Part shown: positions 26,187 to 38,861 of the stretch, one piece after another | Layout: the number at the start of each line of letters is the position of its first letter | Numbering within the stretch: the stretch's first letter is position 1 | NCBI RefSeq assembly: GCF_006345805.1 | Contig: NC_042999.1 | Coordinates: forward strand, 16,616,001 to 16,680,000 | Length of the DNA stretch: 64,000 nucleotides | DNA from: Octopus sinensis | Taxonomy: Eukaryota | Reading direction: 5' to 3' | Notes under the pieces: generated by a model | What the model was told of the DNA's origin: nothing | Seen by the model: the letters and a program-made list of their open reading frames with translations, nothing else | Database searches by the model: none | Program-made: the position numbers and the translations under genes

Positions 26187-26669
26187 CTAGTAGTGACTAG
26201 TCGATCCTACAACGGCTGCCTAGCGCGAGTGCGCGTATGAAAATTATTAGATGATTTTTTTTAAACAAATAGGTTTTTTTAAAAACAAAATAGATATTTT
26301 TTTAAAAACAAAGTAAATATTTTTTTTCTAAACAACGCAAATAATTTTTTTCGAAACAAATTAAATAAAAATATCACACTACCTGTTTTTGATAACCCCA
26401 TTATACTCCTAAAACGTCGTTTTACGTTTTTCTATTAACTTTCAACCGAAAGTTATAACATTTGTTATAGGATCGACAACATTTTCGGAATGATTCCACT
26501 TTGTGTTTTTGTGTTTTATTTACTTTGTTTAAAAAAATTATTTACTTTGTGTAAAAAATTATTCATTTTGTTTTAGAAAACCCTATTTCTTTAAAAACAA
26601 AACATCTATTAATTTGCATACGCGCACTCTCGCTCGGTAGTCGTTGTAGTGTTGACTAGTCACGACTAG
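26187..26669. mobile_element. Unclassified MITE with long TIRs
   Basis: CTAGTAGTGACTAGTCGATCCTACAACGGCTGCCTAGCGCGAGTGCGCGTATG pairs with CATACGCGCACTCTCGCTCGGTAGTCGTTGTAGTGTTGACTAGTCACGACTAG. Confidence 0.8.
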
Positions 26670-27185
26670 CTAGCGCGGATGCGCGCACCGGGTTCACTCT
26701 TCTTAAATAGTACCGAGAAAATTTAATAAACGTTAATATAAAATTTGGGGAACGTGTAGAGAGCTAGTCTCTTCCGTTGTTCATCTATACTAGATTGCTC
26801 ATCAGTACTAGATTCACTCTTTGGTCTGAAGCATATGTGTATTCAGTTCTAACACCAGAACTTTAGTATCGTATTGCCTAAGCGAAATGACACACACACA
26901 CACACATACACATACACACACACGCACTCGCACACACAATACACATACACTCACTTGCGCACACATACATACATCAGTCTACCTATTTAAACACTCATTT
27001 TCAATTTTATTTTCCGATTTGGTGCAAGAGTGGCTGTGTGGTAAGTAGCTTGCTTACCAATCACATGGTTCTGGGTTCAGTCTCACTGCGTGGCACCTTG
27101 GGCAAGTGTCTTCTACAATAGCCTAGGGCCGGCCAAAGCCTTGTGAGCGAATTTGGTAGACGGAAAGTGAAAGAAGCTTGTCGTA

Positions 27186-27224
<39 letters not shown>

Positions 27225-27505
27225 ATATATATAAAAAATTTAGCAATTAAGGACAACTACTTAATAAGGAAAACTTAACAAGAAATTGTCAGGTAGATAG
27301 CGTAAAAAACCTCATACGAGAAAAAATTTCGAAAATAATTATTTCTTATTGAACATATTATTTATATATAGAGGGCATATACATACATGCCAGGAGGCAT
27401 TCTACATACACGCCATACGCTAAGAGGGACAATCAGTCATTTCTACAAAAATATTACTAATCCCACCGAATGCAATTTTCAAAGAAAGACATTTAAAAAT
27501 ATATA

Positions 27506-27550
27506 GACCTGTATCACAGTGATTCATACTTACGTAATCATCAGCAGGCC
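27506..27550 (-). ncRNA. HHR twin lacking one A of GAAA (probably inactive)
   Basis: Minus strand reads GGCCUG-CUGAUGA-UUACGUAAGUAU-GAA-UCACUGUGAUA-CAGGUC. Confidence 0.65.
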
Positions 27551-27724
27551 TGAATATACTATAAATAAACAACGACCCTTTTCCTCTCCCGAAATGCAAT
27601 TCGTAAAAGTTTGCCATTCATCCGGATATAGTATATATAAACCCACCCATGTGCTTCGTTGATGTTGATCAGTTAGCTGATCGGCTTAAGCGAAGCAGGG
27701 TCGTTGTTATTTATAGTATATTCA

Positions 27725-27770
27725 GGCCTGCTGATGATTACGTAAGTATGAAATCACTGTGATACAGGTC
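27725..27770 (+). ncRNA. Type I hammerhead ribozyme with intact core
   Basis: GGCCUG-CUGAUGA-U-UAC-GUAA-GUA-U-GAAA-UCA-CUG-UGA-UA^CAGGUC; 6-bp stem I; GNRA-capped stem II; U10.1/U11.1 non-canonical. Confidence 0.78.
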
Positions 27771-27906
27771 TATATTTTTAAATGTCTTTCTTTGAAAAAT
27801 TGCATTCGGTGGGATTAGTAATATTTTTGGTAGAAATGACTGATTGTCCCTCTTAGCGTATGGCGTGTATGTAGAATGCCTCCTGGCATGTATGTATAAT
27901 GCCCTC

Positions 27907-27952
<46 letters not shown>

Positions 27953-28676
27953 ATATATATATTATATGTATGTGTATGTATATGTTAGTGTGTCTGTGTT
28001 TGTCCCCCAACATCGCTTGACAACCGAAGCTGGAGTGTTTACGTCCCCGTAACTTAGCGGTTCGGCAAAAGAGAGCGATATAATAAGTACTAGGCTTACG
28101 AAAAATAAGTCTTGGGGTAGATTTGCTCCACTAAAGGCGGTGCTCCAGCATGGCCGCAGTCAAATGACTGAAACAAGTAAGAGAGTATACATACATAAGC
28201 TAAGGCACATTTAACAACAATAACGGAACATTCGTTATTTACAGAAATAAATAGATCACGTGATACATAAAAGAACGTATGAACTATTGTATAAAATACA
28301 AAAGGATTATCGGCTTTAGTGAGGTGTCATTGATTGTGAATCGAAGCTTTTCTTTGCCAGTGCAATACCATCCCCACACATTTTGAAAAATAACAAGGAT
28401 GCCAAGCAATTTATAATGAGTAAGGAAAAAATAATGATACATGATTTGAGTTAAAAATCTATGATATAAAACTTTGAGCATTGAACAACGTTTTGAGAGG
28501 ATTTCATTTCGCTACGATTTCTTTATGCAACGCAAAGACATTCCGGTATAAAGTGTTATTATCTTTCATTGCAAACCGCGATGAAAGGATTCTTTGTAAA
28601 ATATTTCGAAAATGTTTCTTAAACACACGCACATACGCGCACACACACATACATACGAGTATATTATATATACGCA

Positions 28677-28737
<61 letters not shown>

Positions 28738-29299
28738 CACAAATATAAGTACATACGTATGTTTATATTTATTACGTATATAGATATTTGTGTGTGTATG
28801 TGTGATTGTACATACACACACCCAAATATATATACATATATATATATAATATATATATATATACATATATATATATATGTGCTCACATATGTATATTGTG
28901 CATATATATATAATATATATATATATATGCACATATATGTCTATATATGTATGTATGTATATATACACTTATAAGTATATATACTTAATACACATGCTTG
29001 CGTGTATTAGCCTCTAGGCAATGTGTAAAATCTCAGTGATTTAGCATTGCTAGTGAATCAATTCATACGCTTAGACGAAATTTAGTATAACTCCATAGAG
29101 TAGGGTGGTTACAATATCTATAAATATCATTTAGGGTTTCAGTACTTATACTGTAACAAACGGATAATAAATGGAACTAGTGAGGTTCGTGCCTGAAACC
29201 GTCAATTTATTTTTTTTTAAGAGACGAACGTCGATGATTAGTTAGAAGCATAAGCCATTAAACGAGATGTGGTGAATTTGTACTGAAACCATCAATTAC

Positions 29300-29548
29300 A
29301 CTTGGGTGTTTCGTTCAATATCCTTAAACAAACCTTATTCAAGGAGCTTTTGAGCGGGATGGACTCCTCGACATGTAGAACTATCTAACTGGGCGCCACC
29401 TGCACGGTCATGCATTGTTAATGTTGATATGAGGTCATCCTGTCGCGCATATATGGTTGTGCACCCTGGTGTACTTTTATCAGACGGTTAGTCATGATGA
29501 GTATACTGGGCTTCATATATTTTATGCCAGTGTTACTTTGATAGCATA
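29300..29548 (+). mobile_element. Diverged partial copy of element X (see 32061-32586), joined to a minus-strand SINE B piece (29545-29650)
   Basis: TCCTTAAACAAACCTTATTC...GAGCGGGATGG...GTCGCGCATATATGGTTGTG...CCAGTGTTACTTTGAT shared with 32330-32565. Confidence 0.75.
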
Positions 29549-29732
29549 AAGGATGAAAGGCAAAGCCAACCTTGGCGGAATTTGAACTCAGAACATAAAT
29601 CCGCAAAACATGCCGCTAAACATTTCGTCCGGCGTGCTAATGATTCGCAATAATAATAATAATAATAATAATAATTATAATAATAATAATAATAATAATA
29701 ATAATTATAATAATAATATAATAATAATAATA

Positions 29733-29763
<31 letters not shown>

Positions 29764-29837
29764 TATAATAATTATAATAATAATAATTATAATAATAATA
29801 ATAATAATTATAATAATAATAATAATAATAATAATGA

Positions 29838-31400
29838 TAGAGCAAAAACAAACATACAAATATTTAGGTGAGCAAGAACAAACATACAAATATTTAGGGA
29901 TAAATGAAGGCTCTGGTATTCAGCATGCAAGCATGAAAGAGAAAATCAGGAAGGAATGTTATAGGAGAGTTCGTGCAGTCCTGAAATCTGAACTAAATGC
30001 ACGTAACAAGGTGTTAGCTATAAATTCCCTAGCAGTTCCAGTTGTTACTTATAGCTACAATGTGTTGAACTGGAATATGAGTGAAGTAAAGAATATAGAT
30101 AGAAAAATACGCAAGCTGCTGAGTTGTAATAGGATGCACCACCCAAAGGCAGACGTAGATCGTCTTTCCTTCCCAGAGCCCAAGGAGGTCGAGGCCTGAT
30201 CCAATTTGAACTAGCTTACAAAACAACCACAATTGGACTGGCCAAATATCTCGAAATATCGAATGACTGGATGCTAAAGTTCGTGGAAAATCACGAGAGA
30301 CGAAAGAAGCTTCATTCTATCATAAAGAAAGCAAAAGATTTGCTATTGATCTCGTGCAGGATACCAAACTGAACAACCCGAGGGAAGTACGGCAACTATT
30401 GTTGCAAAGAAGGTGAAAACGATGACAATGAAGAGAAAGCGCACGAGCAATTGGCTGATAGGTGGGAGAGAGAAACCTCTGCACGGCAAATATGTGACCC
30501 GCAGCAAACAAGCTGATGTTGACCAGAAGCAAACCCATCAGTGGCTACGGAGCTCAGGGCTAAAAGCAGAGAGCGAAGGTTTCATCCTGGCTGCTCAAGA
30601 TCAAAGCCTATTAACCCGGAACTACCAGGCCAATGTCATGAAAAATGGAGCAGACCCAAAATGCCGATTCTGCAACGACATGATTGAAACAGTGGACCAC
30701 CTAATTTCTGGATGTAAAGTCTTAGCACCAGTGGAGTATAAATTAAGACATGACAGAGTTGGCCAATATCTCCACTGGCTAATAAGTCGGCATTACAATA
30801 TCAACACTGCCGACAAGTGGTATAATCACCACCCTGAGGCTGTAACTGAAGGAGAAAATGTAACCATTCTGTGGGACTTTCCAGTACATACAGACCGAAC
30901 CATCAAGGCCAATAAACCAGATATTGTTGTGAAAGACCAAAACAATAAAGTTTGCTTATTGATCGACATGAGCATCCCCTGTGATCATAATATCTCAGCG
31001 AAAGAGTTTGACAAGCTCAGAAAATATAAAGACCTACTCATTGAAATTGAGAAATGTGGCATCTCAAGGCGGTTACAATACCAGTGATCGTAGGAGCACT
31101 AGGAATGATCAAGAAGGGAACCGAAAATTATATGAGAATGATTCCTGGCTTACCATCCCTGCAAGAAGTGCAAAAGATTGTCTTAACTGGTACATCACAC
31201 GTATTGAGAAGAGCATTGTCGATGTGAGAACTGTTGCTGCTCATGTATTTTAATTTAACTTAAAAAAAAAAAAAAAGAAAATGAACGAACTACTGAGTTT
31301 GGTTTAATGGCCTACCAATGTATGCTATGAGTTTCTTTGCCCTAGGAGTCGGAAGACACTCGGCAAGAATGGAAGCAAATTTGAAAGAGAAAAAAAAAGT
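29838..31400 (+). mobile_element. 5'-truncated R4/Dong-clade non-LTR retrotransposon (RT C-terminus, CCHC knuckle, restriction-like endonuclease), frameshifted
   Basis: YKYLG; HPKADVDRL; CRFCNDMIETVDHLISGC; RHDRV; NKPDIVVKD..LIDMS; KLRKYKDL; QKIVLTGTSHVLRRALSM* (stop 31225-31227); flanked by (AAT)n on both sides. Confidence 0.92.
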
Positions 31401-31457
31401 AATGATAATAATAATAGTAATAATAATAATAATAATAATGATAATAATAATAATAAC

Positions 31458-31552
<95 letters not shown>

Positions 31553-31553
<1 letters not shown>

Positions 31554-31741
31554 CCTTTCCACTGGAAGCACAGGGTATCAAATTCGGGGGAAGGGATTAA
31601 GTCGATTACATCGACCCCAGTGCGCAACTGTTACTTATTTTATCGACACCGAAAGGATGAAAGGCAAAGTCAACCCTGACAGAATTTGAACTCAAAACAT
31701 AGAGATACACTTATCATTTCGCCCGGCGTGCTAACGCTTCT

Positions 31742-31742
<1 letters not shown>
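31553..31742 (-). mobile_element. SINE family B (beta tail) flanked by (ATT)n; paralogous copy at 32795-32988
   Basis: Core and tail match family B. Confidence 0.8.
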
Positions 31743-31799
<57 letters not shown>

Positions 31800-31803
31800 T
31801 AAT

Positions 31804-32002
31804 GGACTTACAAATATATATATATATATATATATACATAACATACAGAAAATTGCACTACTGGGTACTGCCCACATCCTACGCAAAACACTTTCAATAC
31901 AGTAACCATAATAGCATCAAAGCAAACCACAGCACATAACCAAGGCACACAGAGCTACACTCGGTAGTGAACTGAAAGCACGCTATAAAAATAAAACTAC
32001 TG
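31804..32002 (+). mobile_element. 3' stub of a second R4/Dong-like family
   Basis: GLTNIY..NIQKIALLGTAHILRKTLSIQ* followed by about 100 bp of UTR, then (AAT)n. Confidence 0.8.
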
Positions 32003-32008
32003 AATAAT

Positions 32009-32060
<52 letters not shown>

Positions 32061-32061
<1 letters not shown>

Positions 32062-32586
32062 GCTCTCATGGCTTCTGATCTTAACTGATTGGAAGTGTTA
32101 TCATGTACAGTTTTGTCTTGGTATAAAAGATGGGCTACAGCAATATTCTGCTCAATACCACAGATTTGTTTGTCAGTTGCTTGACCTTAACCAGTTGAGC
32201 ATGTCCCTTAGTGGCTGACGATATGTGCATCTCTGATCACGAGCAGAAGTAGTGGGGGAGCATCATAGTCATGTGTTGAGAGGGTTTCTTTGGGGTTTGA
32301 ATAATTCACTCTGGAAACATGGGTGTTTTTTCAACATCCTTAAACAACCCTTATTCAGGGACCGTTTGAGCGGGATGGGCTACTCAACCTGAAGAAAATT
32401 CTAACTGGGCCCCACCTGTAAGGTCATGTGCTGTTTATCTTGATATGAGATCACCATGTCGCGCACATATGGTTGTGATGCATGTGCCTGGTGTACCTTT
32501 ATCAGACGGGTAGTCATGATGGGTATATTGGGCTTCGTATATTTTACCCCAGTGTCACTTTGATGGCATGAACTGCTCTCTCACTC
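32061..32586 (+). mobile_element. Element X: non-coding 526-bp insert bounded by (AAT)n on both sides
   Basis: Three related copies in the window; two end at the same base (CTCTCTCACTC) followed by AAT repeats. Confidence 0.7.
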
Positions 32587-32598
32587 AATAATAATAAT

Positions 32599-32790
32599 AG
32601 TATTAGAAAAGCTTTAACGCTATGAAAACAACATCCATTCATGAATTTATTTATTAATTTTTTAAATACATATTTTACTTGTGAATTTGTGTGTGTAATC
32701 TGAGAATGTATACAATGGGCTTCTCTGCCCTAGGCGTACGGAAAACACTCGGCGAGAAACGGAAGAAAATTTGAAGAAAGAAAAAAAAAA
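32599..32790 (+). mobile_element. 3' stub of a Dong-like element related to 29838-31400
   Basis: SIRKALTL* and terminal TCTGCCCTAGG..ACACTCGGC..GGAAG motif shared with 31330-31390. Confidence 0.7.
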
Positions 32791-32988
32791 AAATAATCCT
32801 TTCTGAAGGAAGCACAAGGCCCACAAATTCGGGGGAAGAGATTAAGTCAATTACATGGACCCCAGTGCATGACTGGTACTCATTTAATCGACTCCGAAAG
32901 TATGAAAGACAAAATCAACCTTGACGGAATTTGAACTCAAAACATAGAGACACACTAAACATTTCGCTCGGCGAGCTAACGCTTCTGA

Positions 32989-33045
<57 letters not shown>

Positions 33046-33073
33046 TAATAATAATAATAATAATGATAATAAT

Positions 33074-33252
33074 GGACTTACAAATATATATATAACACAG
33101 AAAATAGCACTACTGGGCACTACCCACATCTTACGCAAAACACTTTCTATACAGTAACCATAAGAGCATCACAGCAAACCACATCACATACACAAGGCAT
33201 AGAGAGCTGCGCTAGGTAGTGAAGTAAAAGCACGCTATAAAAAAAAACTACT
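33074..33252 (+). mobile_element. Second copy of the Dong-like 3' stub at 31804
   Basis: Same 5' breakpoint GGACTTACAAAT; QKIALLGTTHILRKTLSIQ*. Confidence 0.8.
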
Positions 33253-33275
33253 AAATAATAATGATAATAATAATA

Positions 33276-33404
<129 letters not shown>

Positions 33405-35519
33405 TAGTAATAATAATACGATAAATTGCTTGGAAGAGTTTTGAAACTAAATTATAGTAATTTTTCTGCCTTTTTTATTTGCGAAAACCAATCTGAAAAC
33501 AAAGAGCGACAATCGGTTGACTGTATTTATAACACCGTGTTATAGGTCGGTTCTTTCCAAATTTGGCTTCATTATGCATTAAATCAGTGATAATTCACTG
33601 TTAGCATGTTTTTTTCTCTCTCTCTCTCATTCTTAATAATATTTGCTATTGAACAATTACGTTTTTGTCGTCTACAAAATGTATTTTATCTCAATGAAAA
33701 AAAGGAAAGAAAAACAAAAAAGAAATATAAAAAAGAATCTAAAGCGTTTATTCTAGGGAGCCAAATATCAGAAATGATTAATAACCATTAAATTATTATT
33801 ATTTAACTGAGCTCAGGTAACACAAGAAATGATTAAAAACAGTGTGTTCAATGAATAGCAAGAGATTAATACGTGTTAAATTTCCTGCTTTACTTTGTCT
33901 ATTCCATCAAATTATTTGCAGAAGAATTGATAATTTTGTCTCAGGGAAGATAATGTATAGTTTATCGAACATCTAGAATTACATCCAAGTGAATGCGTAA
34001 ACCTTGAATGTAATTACATTGGCGCTAACATGGACAGCGACAAAGCTGAATGCCCATAAATAGATACTAAACTATGATAACGGTAATGCATCATGCCGAA
34101 CATTTAATCATGTGTTGTTATTGGTGCGAATGGTGCTAGGTAATGAACAATTTACTGAAATTCATGTCAGAATATCGACATGGAACGATATCTTATTCTG
34201 TAATATTGGAAACATGGTGTGTCTTATTTCATTGGTACTACAGATATTTAGCTATATCATTTGTGAATATAGTGTGATTTAGTTCCAGAAAATAAATTGG
34301 CAATGATTCATATGGTTGTTATTCTAATTGAGGTTAATAACAGCGAATGAATGTCACATTCCTATTTTAAAGATATTTTCCAGGGATCTATGATGTCTCG
34401 AGTCATATAAATAGCGCAGTATCTTGAAACGGCAACACGTCTTTACATTATTTTCTATGCTTGCTCATTAAACACTTTAATCAGTTCTGCGTAACAAAAT
34501 ATGCTTCATCATGTTTGAAAGTAATTTTGAATTTGAAGTAATCTCCAAACAGAATTGTGAATTCGACTGTCATTTAAAAATTGTTGCTCATTACTCAACG
34601 TCGCTGTAACTAAAGCTACAAGCTCTTTAGGAAGTTTAGAATCTTCATAATGATTGATTGTAAGTAATTTATAGACATCCGGTATGAATCTCATTCTGGT
34701 GTAGATTTGGCAAAATACCTTATAAATTATGCTTAATTACGTTATTTACAATAGATTAAATTAATTAATTTATTCTGTATTAGCCATATATGCTCTAATT
34801 TAAAATAGCGTTATACATTGAAAGTGATGCGAAAACTATTTACATCTGATGTAATATTTTGGTTCATTCTGTGTCAGATTGGCTTCGGTGAAGCTCATTC
34901 TGTGAGTTCTCACAGTTCTTGATATCTTATGTAATCATCTGATGTTCTGGTCTCTACGAAAACTAACGATGATAAATAAATTACTTTTAGCTTCAGAAAA
35001 ATATTTAAGATAAGTTGGGGCAGCAGGAAAAATGTAGTGTTACTCATTATTGCGTAAACTGCCAATCATTACTTATTGAATAGAAAATATTTAACTTTAA
35101 AAAAAAAAACTTTGAAAGAACTCTGTTCCAGATTGTTATAATTCCTTGTTTATCTCTATCATTGCGAGAAGGTTTGCCGTCTGTAATATGGCACTATGTA
35201 ATGCCCAGAAATGCAGTTTACACCCGGCAGAAGTAAGTTCCCCGTTGTAAAACAAATACCGTACCAGGTCATCTCTTAAATCTCCAATAATAATGAAAAC
35301 TAATGCCAACTGCGGTCAGATCAGACAAGTTTATCGCTTCCCCAATATCGCACTAAAATCAAAAAATTCATGAAATAATATTTATGATATTTGCTATATA
35401 AAAAGCAAATTTTATTTATATTGGCAACAGAGTCACGCAGACTGCTACTTAAATGAAGGCATAGATCATTACATAAATTTTCATTGCAGTGTTGTTTCCT
35501 GTTCACAAAATATCGGCTT

Positions 35520-35710
35520 CAAATCTTGGTACAAGGCCAGAAAGATCAGGGGAAGGGGTAAGTTGATTGCATCGAACTCAGTGGTCAACTGGTACTTATT
35601 ATACCGACCCCGAAAGGATGAAATGCAAAGTTGACCTGAGCGCTGTTTGAAATCAGAATGTAAAGACGGAGGCAATGGCATAAGCATTTTGGCCGGCATG
35701 ACGACTCCCA
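35520..35710 (-). mobile_element. SINE family B
   Basis: CTGGTACTTATTATACCGACCCCGAAAGGATGAAATGCAAAGTTGACC. Confidence 0.75.
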
Positions 35711-35963
35711 GACGACTCCTTGCAGACGACTCCCTTATAACGCTTGGTGTTAAACACATGACAGCCATAGTCAGGCGAAATAAATCGCCTCGGATCGAAT
35801 TCGGGAGTAAAGCATATCGATATTTCGCCATTTTTATGGCTTATCAACTCACATACCTCAGTCGAACCCTGGACGAATTGAATCGCCCGTCTATTACTAC
35901 ATAAGAAACAAATAGTGTAAAATCTATTCGGTGACGTGCCACGGAGATGCACGTGTAAGTTTT

Positions 35964-36054
<91 letters not shown>

Positions 36055-36875
36055 ATATATAAAATAATATAAAGACGTGTTGCCCTCATTTATGAATTGT
36101 TTATAAATTTAACCGTTAAAGGTATTTTTTAATATGCTGGCCATTGATAAAGTTTTTTTCGAGAAAATATTTTTTTCGAAAAGAATTTTATCCTCACATT
36201 TGATATATATATATATATATATATACACCTTATGTATATGCATTAATGTATGTGTAAACTCGAGCATCCGAAATCATTTTCATTTGTCGCTGCTATAAAT
36301 ATTTATCAAGTATTAAATTTAAATATATATTGAAGATAACAATCTGGAAATAACTTCTTGCCTTTAGAATATCAAGCTGCTGAAATATAAAAAAATTTGT
36401 TTACGTTTTCATTCCAGATTTAGAAACCTTACAATTGTCTGTGAGACCTTTCTAAATGGAATCTCACTCTGTTCCTTTTAATTACTTGCATGGCAAGTAG
36501 AATCGATTCCTAGTTATTGCACACATTCTGTCGTTCTCTTTTCACTCTCCATTACATTTCCTATAACTTACTTTGCTTGCACTTTATAGATTGAACAAAA
36601 TTTTAGTCGTTCTATTTGAATCACATTTCCTTTAAAAATGAAAATAAAAATATATAATTGATGTAATCTTTATTCGTTTTAAAGAAATAAATAACTGTAA
36701 TAATCCGGACTAATTTTAACAATGTCTTTTTCTTTAGCATGGCGTTAAACTTTATCTCTCTTACACCTTACGTCTCGTACACACCAACACACGAACTTTC
36801 GCAGGTATACGTACACACAAACATAAATATATACAAACATACCCACACGTACATACGTATCTATACACATACGTG

Positions 36876-36928
<53 letters not shown>

Positions 36929-37468
36929 ATATTTCTGTATGAGTTAGAGGTTGTATGTATGTATATACACAGACATATATACTTATATATACATATATAC
37001 AGATATATATATATTCTGTATATGTATATATGTAGATATAAGCATGTGTACGAACACGCACATATTTTTCATATGCATAAATACATACTTACATATATAT
37101 ATATATATATATATGATTGCATGTATATATATATATATATATGTTTATATATATACACACCCTTACATGCACCCATATATATGTAAGGATGCACCTATGT
37201 ATATATAACTATCTATGTATCTATCTAGCTCATGCAAACATGAAATATTTGATGTTAAGAGGATATTGACCGCGATGATAATGATGACGATGATGATGAC
37301 GATGATGATGATGATGATGATGATGATGATAATGATACATATATATAGTCATGTGTGTGTGTGTGTGTGTGTGCATGTGCGTGTGAGTGTGTGTGTACAT
37401 TTGTATAATGATGGTATTAATGTTTGATTCTTCTTCTTTGCTCTTTCGAGATGTTACCATGTTTTCAC

Positions 37469-37600
37469 ACTTCTTTAATATTAAGTCACATATGTTTGTA
37501 GACTCTTCGTGACGAGTTGCATCAATCAATGGATAACCAGGTTTATTGATCTCATCTCTGAAGCTCAGAAGCTCAGAAATCTCGTCAGTATTAAAGAAGT
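37469..37600 (-). ncRNA. Decayed HHR-like motif
   Basis: ACUUCUUUAAUA-CUGACGA...CAAAC-AUAU-GUG...UAUUAAAGAAGU; 12-bp stem I, but GAAA reads CAAA and position 17 is G. Confidence 0.4.
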
Positions 37601-37676
37601 CAGTGTTTATCTACGTATATCACTTACGTTATCTCTTTACGCATACATATATTTACTCATATGCATGCTTATATAA

Positions 37677-37809
<133 letters not shown>

Positions 37810-37860
37810 GTGTGTGTGTGTGTGTGTGTGTGTGTATTACGCATGAATATATAATAAATG

Positions 37861-38172
37861 TGGAGGTGCTAAAGCCCAGTGGTTAGGACGGCGGACTCGC
37901 AGTTATAAGATCGTGGTTTGGATTGTCAGACCAGGTTTTGTGAGTGCTTATTGAGCGAAAACACCTAAAGCTCCACAAGACTCTGGCAGGGGGTGGTGGT
38001 GGTGAACCCTGCTGTACCCTTTCACCACAACTTTCTCTCACTCTTTCTTCCTGTTTCTCTTGTACCTGTATTTCAAAGGAGCCAACCTTGTCACACTCTG
38101 TGTCGCGCTCAATCTCCCTGAGCACTACGTTAAGGGTACACGTGTCTGTGGAGTGCTCAGCCACTTGCACGT
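37861..38172 (+). mobile_element. SINE family C, 3' truncated
   Basis: Matches 58705-59090. Confidence 0.85.
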
Positions 38173-38179
38173 TATGCGT

Positions 38180-38426
38180 TGTGTTTATTTCTTTTAATTC
38201 GTCATTTGTCTAGTTCGTAAACATCTAGCATCTTGATAATTTGGAAAAACAGATTTTATGGTAAGACGGTTTGATATCTATTTTTAGCATACAAGGGATC
38301 CATATAGTGGTCTCTCCTATCGTATGCTAAAAATAGACGTCAAACCATCGTACCACGAAATAAGTTTTCCCAAATTAGCAAGACGCTAGATGTTTACGAG
38401 TTAGACAAACGAAAAGAACATAAACA
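38180..38426. mobile_element. Hairpin MITE; half copy at 39335-39465
   Basis: TTTGTCTAGTTCGTAAACATCTAGCATCTTG..TTTTTAGCATAC pairs with GTATGCTAAAAA..CAAGACGCTAGATGTTTACGAGTTAGACAAA. Confidence 0.8.
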
Positions 38427-38591
38427 GGCGCAGGAGTGGCTGTGTGGTAAATAGCTTGCTTACCAACCACATGGTTCCGGGTTCAGTCCCACTGCGTGGC
38501 ACCTTGGGCAAGTGTCTTCTACTATAGCCTCGGTCCTACCAAAGCCCTGTGAGTGAATTTGGTAGACGGAAACTGAAAGAAGCCCGTCGTA

Positions 38592-38634
<43 letters not shown>

Positions 38635-38861
38635 TTGTGTGCGTGTATGTTTGTGTTTCTGTGTTTGTCCCCCTAGCATTGCTTGGCAACCGATGCTGGT
38701 GTGTTTATGTCCCCGACACTTAGCGATTCGGGAAAAAGAGACCGATAGAATAAGTACTGGGCTTACAAAGAATAAGTCCCGGGGTCGAGTTATTCGACCA
38801 AAGGCGGCGCTCCAGCATGGCCGCAGTCAAATGACTGGAACAAGTAAAAGAGTAAAAGAGT
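38427..38861 (+). mobile_element. SINE family A, full length
   Basis: Consensus-like head, body and tail. Confidence 0.92.

Larger units (their letters stand above)
27359..27918. mobile_element. Young Penelope-type inverted pLTR pair (arms of about 220 bp, 117-bp spacer)
   Basis: Arms 27359-27579 and 27697-27918 are near-identical reverse complements, each containing an HHR. Confidence 0.8.
27022..28187 (+). mobile_element. SINE family A split at its internal (TA)n by Penelope-type insertions
   Basis: Head at 27022-27185; 3' half at 27985-28187. Confidence 0.85.

Noticed and set aside
26790-26815. CTGATGAG on the minus strand followed by a small hairpin
   Set aside because: No GAAA/stem III/UH in register
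29170-29210. CTAGTGAGG-TTCGTG-CCTGAAACCGTC, HHR-like
   Set aside because: Core scrambled (CTAGTGA), stem III loop of 1 nt, and no stem I
34509-34694. 61-aa protein-like ORF (YEDSKLPKELVALVTATL..)
   Set aside because: No recognisable motif or convincing splice sites; this length can arise by chance
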